Below are positions 10,873 to 22,625 of a DNA stretch of 64,000 nt, piece by piece. The position numbers and the translations under genes are program-made. The notes under the pieces are model-generated. The model ran no database searches and was not told the origin of the DNA. It was given only the letters and a program-made list of their open reading frames with translations. The DNA lies in NCBI GenBank assembly GCA_038087875.1, contig CM075997.1, positions 6,636,001-6,700,000 of the forward strand, written 5' to 3'. Position 1 is the stretch's first letter, and every line of letters starts with the position of its first letter. Origin of the DNA: Malacoraja senta. Its lineage: Eukaryota.

Positions 10873-13261
10873 AATTCCAAGCCAAGCTTGGTATCCTAGC
10901 ATACTGTGCAATAATGACCCAATCTCATGTTATCTTTCATTTGTACAAACATTTGTAAATACCAATTTGTAAATGGTCCACTATCCCATGTTTAGGAAGA
11001 ACCAAACCCACCTACCTCCGTGGTTACCTGTGGTCTGTGCTAAGTCCAACAGCCCTTATGTGGGTTCTATTCCCGTCCTTGATTGGAGAGTAGAAACGGT
11101 AGTGTATGAGAATTCCATATGTCCTGACCGGTTTGGATCTTGGCCTGAAAAGCCTTGCCCAGCTATCAAGGTGCCACCTGTTTCAGTGAACTGCTACTGC
11201 CGTTATGGCGTGGGGTGTGTCGTCGCCGATACGATGAAGCTTTGTTCGTCGTTGGTACGTTGATCAGTCCGTCAACTTTTGCTTCCTCATCCATGTATAT
11301 CTGTTGGATAAGTCTTACCTGAAGAGATTCGACGGCAGGTTTCATTTTCTACAATGTCACCCCTGATAGCGCTGTTCACTGCCGGCACTTGTAGCGTGAG
11401 GGGAAACTCGGGCCCCTCCTGGTTTTTCTGCCCACGGCAGTAACCCATTCGTTTGCGAGTATTTCCTTAGAGCCATATGCATGTGCTCCATTATGTTCCA
11501 CGGACATACTTTGAATTTGAAATCAGTTACACACTGACCACTCGCACTCCCCTCCACAGAGAGGGAGATTCGCAGGCAGCCCTGAAAACAGGTGCAGCCG
11601 CAGGTCCCTGAGGATACCTGCGGTGACATGGCCCCTCTATGGACCTATATCATGATTTTTTATTTTTTATTTTTTATTTTTCATTAAAATATATATATTT
11701 TTTATCCGAGTCAGACAGGAGCTGACTCCAAATGCTCCACTCCTCAGAGAGGGAGACATAGTGCAGCTGCCGTTGCCGTGGCACCCCCCGCAAGGGGACC
11801 CGTGGTGATAACTCCCTCCTTTGGAGTATATCATTGTGCAGCACCTCTCCATGAGGTGCTCCATGTGGGTCTGAACGTTCAAATACGTTACCCATGAAGG
11901 AGGGGATCCTCTCCATCAGGAATCCTCCTGGCCCGACTTGTTTGAGTCAACGGGGCCTCTTCCAATGCTCCCCTGCTCTGGGAGATATTATATCGTGGCT
12001 ACCCTCCAAGCGGGTGCCGAGATGCTACCGGCACCAGTTTGAAGCCGCTGGCTCCATTCAGCGACTCAAAAACGAATTTTGACCGCCGCCGCTACCGCAG
12101 ACCCGCGGTCTCCGTAGCGCGGTTCCCGCGGTCCGTTTCCGGGATTCCCCGAGGTGATGACCGGAATTCCCTCTGGTCAGTGACTGGGGTTGCCCGCGGT
12201 CCATGAAGGTTCCCCCGCGGCTGCCCGGACTGAAAACAGGGAATCCTGCAAAAGAAAAACATAACCTGAAAGTAAGTTTAAAACTTACCTTGGGGTTTAA
12301 ACTTACCACTGGCAGGAGCAGCGCCCTGCCAGACCGACGTAGCGCAATGCGGTTGACGTAATAACGCGCATGCGGACTGACGTCCCTTCTTAACGTAGTC
12401 ACTCACGTGACTCCGAAGTAAAATTGGCCGATAGAGCGAACAATAAAATGATTGACTTTCTCCGGTTCTCCATCTCTGGATCCTTTTGATTCTGGGCGAT
12501 GTTCCTCGGCTGCTGTAGTATGTCTGACGGTGTTGTGATAATGTCAAATAAAATGAGGGCTTTGCAAATGGCCGAAGGATATAGCTCCGATATTTGGACG
12601 CAACGCAACGGAACTCGGTCAATTATTTCGTAAGGTTTCACCATGAAGTCAAACGGAATGCATTTTGCGCTGCTCACTGGCCCAACTGTTACTGCTACAA
12701 CATTCGCTGTTCTCTCGGTGCAATATTGTTTCCGTAGCTTCTGACAGCAGATGGCGATGTAGCCAAATGGAACATTCCTTGGTTGCAACCCTCACAACAA
12801 GTGCTTCTGCGCATACCCGAGTTATGACCAGGCAGCAAACAAGCATATTGATATTATGAATCCGATCGAACATAATAATAACGAAAACCACCATCAGATT
12901 TGCTGCCGCCGTCACCACCAGGTAGCGCGTACTGCATTGATAGATACCTCATTACCCACGGCATAGGATCACATCGCCGTTAAATTAATTGCACGAGGCA
13001 CATATAAATTACTTTCAAAAAGCATTAATCTAATCAGTTTTAATTCATTTGCAAAACAACCCTGTCTGAACCCTGGTGAATCCAAACCTGCGCCGAATTT
13101 GTGTTCAATCCACTATGGTGCTTGCCTTTCCCGAATCAGGAGGCTGGTGGGCAGCAGCCTTAATTCCCGAAGTCTGGTGGCACAGGATGGAAACGCATCA
13201 GTGGCGTGTAGGCCGTAGGCACTGATAGGTAATTTTGTGGCATCATTTAATATTTAAATAG

Positions 13262-13924
13262 GGTAAAATACACCTCTCATACCTTTACGAGTGTACATGT
13301 TATGAAAGCGACATCGGTATTCTTAATTAATGGTATTTAAAACTTGAAAAATGCCACAATTAAACAAAAATGTTCCCAATGTTGAGGGAGTCCAGAACAA
13401 GGGCCACAGTCTAAGAATAAAGTGGAGGTCATTTAAAACAGAGATGAGAAAAAAAACATTTCCACCCAGAGATTTGTGAATTTGTGGAATTCTCTGCCAC
13501 AGAAGGCAGTAGGCCAATTCACTGCATGAATTTGAAAGAGAGTTAGATAGAGCTCCAGGTGCTAGCAAAACCAAGTGATATAGGGGAAGGCAGTCACGGG
13601 TTATTGATTATGGATGATCCGCCATGATGGCTTTGCTGACTCGAAGGGGCAAATGGTCTCCTCCTGCACCTATTTTCCATGTTTCAATGCTTCTATGTTT
13701 CTATGTATGAATAAGTGATATAAGAAGGCAGGCATATGAGTGACTACGTTGTGACCAATGAGCCACTGGAATGCTCTGATGTCCCTCTGGCGATTCAGCC
13801 TCTTTTAGTTTCTAGGACTGGCCGAGAATGTGGTTTTATTTTGGACAGGGCTGAGTTTGCCCGTGAAGAACTTTTAAAACCTCACAAATTAAAGTAAAGT
13901 GCGAGAGGGACTCAGAGGGTCAGG
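13262..13924 (+). repeat. Duplicated segment (CR1 3' fragment plus flanks), paralogous to 33662-34324
   Basis: Both copies start gtaaaatacacctctcatacc and align up to the N gap, including non-CR1 flank. Confidence 0.9.
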
Positions 13925-14370
13925 CAACATCTGTAGAGGGCGAAACAAGAACAGCAGGTGCTAGTATATTGCGCAAACAAAAGGGGCCAAAAGAACACAG
14001 GTGGTAACTACGAAAGGATTGGACAGACGACTTTTGATGTCGGACCATTATTCAGACTGAGTGTAGTCGGGTGGGAGAAAGCCGGAGAAGAAAGTTGGGA
14101 CCGGGGCAAAGTATAACAGGTGATGCGGATACGTAAGATGAGCGGGTGGGGGGGGGGGGGGGGGGGGTGACTAGGCGTTGATTGCATATTGCCAGGTGAC
14201 AAAGGCTCTAGGTGAAAAGGAGTCAATAGGGCATCATATAAGAAGATGTGAAATGTAAAGCCGGAAGGAAGGATACGCGAAGGGGAAAGGGAGCGTAGGG
14301 AGGTAAAATGGAAATATCCGACTGGTTGATGGGACGAGTGACCAGGGTAAGGGAAATATATAGGTGACGG
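13900..14370 (-). mobile_element. Degenerate Penelope-derived non-autonomous repeat
   Basis: Reverse-strand similarity to the repeat ends at 3445-3535 and 37511-37608 (ttcagact at about 14051; ctcagagggtcaggcaacatct at about 13911). Confidence 0.5.
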
Positions 14371-14849
14371 GGGCGGGGGGGGGGGGGGTGGTAGTTCGTG
14401 CGACATTTGTGTGCACACTAGGATGTATCTGCGAGCATGGGGAAGAGAAACAGATGGGGAACTCATTCTCTGCAGGATTCCTGTTGAATATCCACGCCAT
14501 GTAATACTTCGCAATACGTCATCTGCTGGATATGGAAGAAAAAGAGGTGGTTCTGGAAATGTTCGGAACCGTGGAAAGAAAAATAAAGTAGAAGTTCCGG
14601 ACCTTGAAAGCCGGAAAGAAGGTTACGAGTTGAGGAAGTGGGAAAGGGAAGAAATTCGTTTTAATCTTTAGTGCAGGTGAGAAATGAGCAATTATTGTTG
14701 CTACAATCGCGAAACTTGTAGAGGCAGTCGGCTAGGCCACCCCAGGCAGACCGTGCACATTTTCTGTTCCTAAACCACGAAAGAGGTGACATCAGATCAG
14801 AAGGCGAACAATCCCCTTGAATAGAACTAAAAAGCTGCAAGGGGAAAAA

Positions 14850-15380
14850 TACCACGGTGGGAGTTATTTACAGCCCCTTACCTCCCGCCCCTCACCCCCG
14901 AACAGGTGCCAGGATGTAGGGTGCAAAATACATCAGGAGATGTAATATAGCCATCTAACGATGGTCTCGGGTGACTTCAACATACAGGTAGACGGGGAAA
15001 TCAGGTTGGTCCTGGACTCCAAGAGAGGGAATTCACAGAGCCTATGAGATGAATTATTTGAGCAACCTTTAGTGGAGCCCACTAGCGAGAATGCAATTCT
15101 GGATTTAGTGTTGTGTAATGATCCAACTGTGATCAGGGAGTATGAGGTAAAGGAGTTACGAGGAAGTAGTGACCATGATAGGATGAAATTCAACCTGCAA
15201 TTTGTTAGGGAGAATATGAGATCGGATGTGTTGCTCTAACCGTTCAGCAAAAGGGAGTACAGAGGCGTGAGGCAGTTGCTGGCTGAAAATGATTGGAGAG
15301 CCTAGCGGGAATGACGGTGGAACTGCAATGGCGGGAATGCATGGGAATAATTCTCAAGACGCAGTATCTTTACATTCCAA
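14850..15380 (+). mobile_element. Decayed CR1 ORF2 endonuclease-region fragment
   Basis: Translates to GVIY..P, GDFN, ILDLVLCN and SDH motifs, with frameshifts. Confidence 0.75.
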
Positions 15381-15676
15381 GGAATGTATGTCCATATATT
15401 TCCTTGTATCCTCCCCAGCTTTCCAATTCTATTAAACGACCAGCTGCTTGAGTCCGATTGATATATATGAATAAATAATCAAATTTCCTGCACCATAGAT
15501 CTTCGAAGTTAATTATTGCATAATTATTCCGTCTTTCGCTAGATCCCGTGTTTGTCCATTGTTTATTCAGCCCGATTTGGGTATTGAGAGTACTCATTGC
15601 CAAACATGACAGCGTGTGAGACATTTATGCAATCCAAAAAGAGATTCAAATATTTATTTCAAAGGAGATTTGTTTA

Positions 15677-17700
15677 TTATTTACAAAGTCGCCCGTTTAA
15701 TGTAAACACGTACTTCATTCCATTCTTCAGCTCCTCCCTGAATTTCCTCTGTGTCAGTCCATAGATACACGTGTTGGTGCAGGAACTGAGAAACTGTAAC
15801 ATAAACCCGAACTGTTGTGCGATATATATCGCGGTACTTAAATATCTGTCTGTGTAGAAGTAATTTTCTACTTGCCATATCAAGGAGTGTATTACGAAGG
15901 TCATCCACAATAAAATGAAATTGGTTGATAGAGCGAACAATAAAATTATTGACTTTCTCCGGTTCTCCATCTCAGAATCGTTCTGATTCTCGGTGATGTT
16001 CCTGAGACCGCGCCGTACTTTATTCGCTGCAATAATATGTCTCACTGTTAAACCGTTGAGGAGCAAGATTAAACAGATCGGCAATAACGGTGTTATGACA
16101 CTGTCAAACACAATGAAGGCTTTGTAGATGGGCGAGGTATAGAACTCGACTTTCTGGACGCAACGCCACGGTACTCGGTCAATTATTTCGTAACCACCAA
16201 AAAGTAAAACGGAATGCACCTCACACAGCTCACTATCCCAACTGTTACCGCTACAATATTCGCTGTTCTCTCGGTACAATATTGTTTCCGCAACCTCTGA
16301 CAGGAAATGGCGATGTAGCGATCGAAAGTAAAAGCGACCGTGAACCAAACGGAACAGTCCGTGATTGCAACTCTCAGAACAAGTGTCACGGCGCACACCG
16401 GAGTTATGAGTAGGAAGCTAACAAGCACATAGATATTATTAATCTGTTCCACTATAACCGTAACGAAAACCACCATCAGGTCTGCTGCCGCCATTAGCAC
16501 CAGGTAGCGAGTGATGCATTGGGGAAAGACCACATTTTTCCGCGGCATAAGATCACAATCGCCGTTAAATTAACTGCAAGAGGCACAACAATAGAGAATT
16601 ACTTCCAGAAATGCTCAATCCGATCAGGATGAATTAATTGCAAAATAACATAAATAACAAAGTTGACGTTGCCGAAACCAAACCAGCGTCAAATCTGTGT
16701 CCAATTAACCAAGCCTTTTGCCAAGACAGGAGGCCGATGGGCAGCAGCCGTAGCAGCTATTGCCGAGCTCGGGTCGAGAAGGGATGGAAAACGCTCAGTG
16801 GCGGATAGGTCGTGGGCTGTGTCTATTTGACAGCACGCCAATAACATGCCACAATAATGTCTGCACAAATCGAGGAGAGGTAGAAATTTGTCATTCGTGG
16901 CTTTGTTTCAATCGGTTTAAATGAACCTCTGATCTCCGATCAAAAGTAAAGCAGTTGAAATTGATGTCGGTGTTCTTTAAAATGGTATTTATTTATTTTT
17001 TAATTGGTGAATTGTACGAAACCGATTACTACTGTTAATTAGTCCAAAATACTATCTCAAGTGAATGGAAAGCGATTCTCCACCAGGGATAATTCGCATC
17101 GGCTTGGAGAGGAGAAAATGCAAGGTAAAGCTCGGGAATCGTCCTCAGCTTCGGCTCATGCGGATTCTAGTGGTGGAGTGGCGGGAGATATAACGTCTCC
17201 TGCTCGAAAAAAAAACTTGGATTGCTATTGATGCAAAATCTGTGCAGATATGGCCGGGAACTGCTGATGGTCCACGATTTACAAAATGGGATCGACTGAC
17301 CCCATACATCTCTCGTTGGTCAGGGCTCGTAGTATTGAAGCTTTTTGAATGTGTGACGTCGCGCATTCACAATTTACAGGAGCTTCCGTGGGACACTCGC
17401 GCGAGTTGAATGTAAAGCCTTGCCTTGCCTCCCCGCCCAATGAAACAAGTCGCAATAAAAACCAATTGAAGACAATGAAAATGACTTGTAGAGCAAATAA
17501 ATCAGTAATAACGTATTGAGATTAGAAAGAATAAAATGAGCGCAGATTGTTTATAAATCCGCGTTAGATGGAGTAAAGCAAACATTTGCGACAAAATAAC
17601 ACATGGGTTGAAACGGATTCATTATCTTACCAATAATTCCAACCGCTGCAAGTATGGGATAGTAAATGCTCGCAGTGTAATAAATGGCCGCGTATCCCAT
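15677..17700 (-). pseudogene. GPR139-like GPCR (copy 2): exon 1 17631-17700, exon 2 15677-16573, frameshifted
   Basis: Exon 1 encodes MGYAAIYYTASIYYPILAAVGII and ends at a GTAAG donor. The CAG acceptor at 16576-16574 gives a phase-1 intron. 7TM motifs AADL, FTFDRYIAI and NTCIY are present. Two +1 insertions lie near 16520-16540 and a further shift near 16195. Confidence 0.9.
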
Positions 17701-17757
17701 TCCGGTCTGAATTGGTTGCATGCAAAATATTGTGCCGCCGACTTATACCTGGGATTC

Positions 17758-17855
17758 GTTTAAAAAGCTGAGGAAAGTCCATTGAACTCATTGGAGGGTC
17801 CAATTACCACAGCTCACTGATCAAACGCGTATTGTAAACTATTTTTAATCATTGT
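17758..17855 (-). promoter_or_regulatory. Putative proximal promoter of GPCR copy 2
   Basis: Non-coding block conserved with 59450-59550, at a similar distance upstream of the ATG. Confidence 0.55.
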
Positions 17856-18399
17856 ATCACCTTGAAAAACATTTCTCTGTTCGAACAAACAATTTTGGAT
17901 ATTATTCTCAGAATCATTTTCTTTTGTAAGGAACGTTGCAATTTCTGATTTAATGTCGCTAAATTTTGGAATATTTAACTGAATAATGGTGAAAACAATA
18001 TTATTTACACCACGACTTCAACATTAGGCGCATCCGAGAGTCGGCGATCTGGTGTGAGCCCAGCCGCTCAGATCAGTCAACGGACATGCAAAGGACGGTA
18101 GAACTGGGCAAACAGGTGTTTTTATACAATCTAGAAAATAAATCTAAAATAGGGTATTGTTAAATGACCAATATTATTTCGGACGGGTGCCGGGCGGGGC
18201 AGGCAAGGGGGGGAGTGGGCTGGGGGGGGGTTGTGGGGTGGGGTGTTAGGCGATTGGGCGGAGGGGGGAATCACACTGGAGGTCTGGTACCCCAACGCAA
18301 CCCATTCCCAACGCAATATTCCACCACTCACCTATAGCAACTAACTGCGCAGGCGTAACTCGTTTCCCCCTATCCTCCAGCACCCCCTCCTCCTCCCCT

Positions 18400-19150
18400 T
18401 CATGTGTGGGATCGGAGGAGGGGAGGGGGGGGGGGCAGGGCGGGTGTGGTTGAAGTGGAGGGGGGGTTGTGGGGGAAGAGTGGTGTGAGGGAGAGGGGGG
18501 GTGTGGGCGGGGGGTTATTGTGGGGGGTAGTGGGGCGGTGTGGGCGGTGGTGCGGGTTGTGACGGGTTGGGGTTTGCCGGCGGGGATTGTGGGGGAGGTG
18601 GGGTGTGGGCGGGTGGGAGGGTTGGGGGGATAGGGTGTGTTGGTGGGGGGGGGATTTGTGGGGGAAGGGGGGTTTGAGCAGGGTGTTGTTGGAAGGGGGT
18701 GTGTGGGAGGAATTGTGGGGTAGGGGGTGTGTGGACGGGGGGAAGCTCGTGGGAAGAGGGGTGTGTGTGGGCGGGGGTGTTGTTGGGGCAGGGTGTGTGT
18801 GTGCGGGAGGAGTTGTGTGGAGAGGGGGTGTGTGGGCGGAGGGGTGTTGTGGGTGGAGGGGGATGTGTGAGCAGGGGCGGTTGTGAGGGTAGTGTGGTGT
18901 GAGGGGGAGCGTTGTTGGGGGGAGGGGATGTGTGGGCGGGGGGCTTGTTGGGGAGAAGCGTATGTTGGCGGGGTGGTTGTGGGGGGAGGGCGGTATGTTG
19001 GCGGGGGTGAGGTAGCGGCGGCACGGGGTGTGTGCGCGCAGGGGAGGTGGGAGAGAGCTCGGAGGAAAGACGGGGAAGAGCCATGAGGGAGGTGTGGGTA
19101 TCACGGGGAAGGGGGCAGGAGCCAGCGAGGGGGACCAGAGGGGAAGGAGC
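18400..19150 (+). repeat. G-rich low-complexity tract (G-quadruplex prone)
   Basis: Dozens of G3-G9 runs separated by short GT/TGT linkers; extreme G skew. Confidence 0.9.
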
Positions 19151-19391
19151 GGGAGTTGGCGGTACGATGGCGACTCACAGCGGGCGCTGGACGCTGGTCG
19201 TTCTCCTCCGCCGGTATCATAGACTCCGCTTTCCGTTTGGCGACATCGGCGACATCTGCGAGTCCGCGCCGGGCTGGGCTGGGCCTGGCCGAGCAGGGCC
19301 GGCCGCTTCCGGTCCCTCCGAAAACTGTGTCCGGTTGGACACCTCCGCCGGCTATCCAGCGCCTCCAGTAAAGACGCGAGGGCGGACCTTC

Positions 19392-20555
19392 AGGACTTTC
19401 TGAAAGCATTTGATAAGGTCCCACATAGGAGATTAGTGAGCAAAATTAGGGCACATGGTATTTGGGTCGATTGCTGACATGGATAGAAAAGTGGTTGGCA
19501 GACAGGAAACAAAGAGTAGGGGTTAACGGGTCCCTTTCAGAATGGCAGGAGTTGAGGTACTGCAAGGCTCGGTGCTGCGACCGCAGCTATTTACAATATA
19601 CATCAATGATTTAGATGAAGGGATTCAAAGTAATATTAGCACATTTGCAGATGACACCAAGCAGGTTGGCAGTGTGAACTATGAGGAGGATGCTTTGAGA
19701 ATGCAGGGTGACTTGGACAGGTTGGGTGAGTGGGCAGATGCATGGCAGATGCGGTTTAATGTGGATAAATGTGAGGTTATCCACTTTGGTAGCAAAATCA
19801 GGAAAGCAGATTATTATCTATATGGTGTCATGTTGGGAAAAGGGGAAGTACAACGGGATCGGGGGTCCTCGTTCATCAGTCAATGAAAACAAGCATGCAG
19901 GTACAGCAGGCAGTGAAACAAGCGAATGGCATATTGGCCTTCATAACAAGAGGAGTTGGGATTTGGAGCAAAGAGGTCCATCTGCAGTTGTACGGGTCTC
20001 TAGTGAGACCACACCTGGAGTATTGTGTGTAATTGTGGTCCCCCTAATTTGGGGAATGATATCCTTGTTATTGAGCGAGTGCATAGTAGATGGCGGGACT
20101 GTCATATGCTGAGAGAATGGAGCGGCTGGGCTTGTATACTATGGAATTTAAAAGGATGAGAGGGCATCTTATTGAACCACAGTTAAGGGTTTGTTAAGGG
20201 TTTGGACACGCTAGAGGCAGTAAACATTTTCCCGATGTTGCTGGAATCCAGAATCAGGGGCCACAATTTAAGAATAAGGGGAAAACCGTTTCGAACCCAG
20301 ATGAGGAAACACCTTTGCACACTGAGAGTTGTGAGTCTGAGGAATTCTCTGCCCCAGAGGACGGTGGAGGCCGGTTCTCTTCAAGAGAGAGCTAGATATG
20401 GCTGTTAAAGATAGTGGAGTCAAGGGATATGGGGAGAAGGTAGGAACGGGGTACTGATTGGGGATGATCAGCCATGATCACATTGAATGGCGGTGCTGGC
20501 TCGAAGGGCCGAATGGCCTACTCCAGCATCTATTGTCTATTTTCGATTGTCTATT
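19392..20555 (+). mobile_element. CR1 3' fragment (RT to tail)
   Basis: DFLKAFDKVPH, QGSVL, FADDTK and WQMRFNVDKC motifs; ctattgt-type tail. Confidence 0.9.
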
Positions 20556-20657
20556 GACCGTCCCGGCGAGTGACGGGAGAAGAGTGACTGGCAAGAGCGG
20601 AGAAAGATCTGCGCACGCGCGGTTTTTAAGATTTTGAAACCTCGTTAACTTTTACAT

Positions 20658-21360
20658 TATATAATGTCGTAAAGTGTGGAATTGTGCATTATGGTAGTAA
20701 GAATAAAGGCATAGATTATTTTCTAAATGGAGTAAATCTAGAAATCGGAGGAGCGAAGGGACTTGGGAGTGTGGTGCAGGATACCAAACGGTTATCTGCA
20801 TGTGGAATCAATAGTAAAGAAACGCAATTGTAGCATTTATTTCGAGAGGGCTTACATACAAAAATTGAATGCAATGCTGAGGATCTAGAGGAGGTTCAGA
20901 GGAGGTTTACAAGAATGATCCCAGGAATGAGTAGGTTAACATACGACGGCACAAGGGCTAGAATCGCTGTGGTTTAGAAGAATGGGGGGACGGGGTCTCA
21001 TTGCAACATACAGAATAATGAACGACTTGAGTCGAATAGAGTGGATGTTGAGAGGATGGTTCCATTAGTGTGAGAGTCTAGGACTAGAGGTCATTGCCTC
21101 AGCATTAAAGTACGTTCTTTTATGAAGAGGTGAGAAATAATTTATATAGTCAGGGGGTTTGTGGAGGGGAAAGGAAGGAAGGAAGGAAGGATATGGAGGG
21201 AAAGTCAGTTGCTATTTTTAAAGCAGAGATAGGAGAATAGATTATTGATTAGTAAGGGTGTCATAGGTTATGGGAGAAGACAAGATAATGGGGTTAGGGT
21301 GGAGAGATAGATCGGCCATGATTTATTTGCGTAGACTTGATCGGCTGAGTGGCATAATTC

Positions 21361-21457
<97 letters not shown>
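20658..21457 (+). repeat. Inverted duplicate of a CR1 3' fragment plus (TATC)n; source is 24272-24568 joined to 30837-31441
   Basis: Near-identical reverse complement, including the GGAA run and the microsatellite junction. It lacks the L1 present in the source. Confidence 0.92.

Positions 21458-21458
<1 letters not shown>
21361..21458. repeat. (TATC)n microsatellite
   Basis: Directly visible. Confidence 0.98.
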
Positions 21459-22625
21459 GGTGGGGATGTGGGGTAGGAGGGGAGGAGGGGATGGGGAGTG
21501 TGTGTGGGCACGGAGGTGTAGGAGGGGGAGAGGGTGGTGTGAGGGGAGGGGGCTATAGGGTAGGGTGGTGTGTGGGGTGGGAGGCGACGTGTGTATGTGG
21601 GCGGGAGGGGTGTGGAATGGGGAGGAGGGATATGGAGAAGAGGGTGCGTGTGGGAGGGAGGAGGTGGTTGTGGGAGGGTGGGTGGGGTGTGAGGGAGGGG
21701 ATGAAGGGAGAATGAGTAGGTAATGGGGTGTATGGGCGGGTAAATGGGGTGTGAGGGCAGGGGTGGGTGTGTAGGAGGGGGATGTGTTTGAGCGGGGAAG
21801 ATGTTATGGAGTAGGGGGTGTGTGGGCGGGGGGTGGGGGGGGGGGTGTTGGGGGAGGGGGTGGATGGGAGGGTGGGATTGTGGTGGAGGGGGTTTTGGGC
21901 GGGTGTGGTTGAAGGGGAGGGGGGGTTGTGGGGGAAGAGTGGTGTGAGGGTGAGGGGGGGGTGTGGGCGCGGGGTTATTGTGGGCGGTAGTGGGGCGGTG
22001 TGGGCGGTGGTGCGTGTTGTGACGGGTTGGGGTTTGCCGGCGGGGATTGTGGGGGAGGGGGGGGGGTGTGGGCGGGTGGGCGGGTTGTGGGGGGATGGGG
22101 TGTGTTGGTGGGGGGGTTTGTGGGGGGAAGTGGGAGTTTGAGCAGGGTGTTGTTGGAAGGGAGTGTGTGGGGGAATTGTGGGTTAGGGGGTGTGTGGGCG
22201 GGGGGGGGGGGGGGAGAGCTTGCGGGCGGAGGGGTGTGTGTGGGCGGGGGTGTTGTTGGGGCAGGGTGTGTGTGTGCGGGAGGAGTTGTGTGGAGAGGGG
22301 GTGTGTGGGCGGAGGGGTGTTGTGGGTGGAGGGGGATGTGTGAGCAGGGGTGGTTGTGAGGGTAGTGTGGTGTGAGGGGGAGCAGTGTTGGGGGGAGGGG
22401 ATGTGTGGGCGGGGGGCTTGTTGGGGAGAAGCGTATGTTGGCGGGGTGGTTGTGGGGGGAGGGCGGTATGATGGCGGGGGTGAGGTAGCGGCGGCACGGG
22501 GTGCGTGGGCGCAGGGGAGGTGGGAGAGAGCTCGGAGGAAAGACGGGGAAGAGCCATGAGGGAGGGGTGGGTATCACGGGGAAGGGGGCAGGGCCAGCGA
22601 GGGGGACCAGAGGGGAAGGAGCGGG
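21459..22625 (+). repeat. Second G-rich low-complexity tract
   Basis: Dense G runs. 21897-22625 is paralogous to 18438-19150. Confidence 0.9.

Larger units (their letters stand above)
5228..12424 (-). mobile_element. DIRS1-type tyrosine recombinase retrotransposon, full-length but degraded
   Basis: Inverted terminal repeats 5303-5337 and 12362-12396, plus an ICR. YR motifs LALSSAQR (about 8740) and HSTRAA..AGW..F..FY (5790-5915). MT-like IDKFASRL (about 9620), RNase H-like LLTDA (about 9980) and decayed RT (10290-10500). Confidence 0.92.
3878..12988 (-). pseudogene. GPR139-like GPCR pseudogene (copy 1), exon 2 only, interrupted by DIRS and hAT insertions
   Basis: 12421-12988, 5004-5231 and about 3878-3903 align collinearly with exon 2 of copy 2 (e.g. 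EMENRRKSIILLFALSANF). The splice acceptor AG is mutated to AA at 12989-12990, and there are several frameshifts. No exon 1 was found. Confidence 0.9.
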
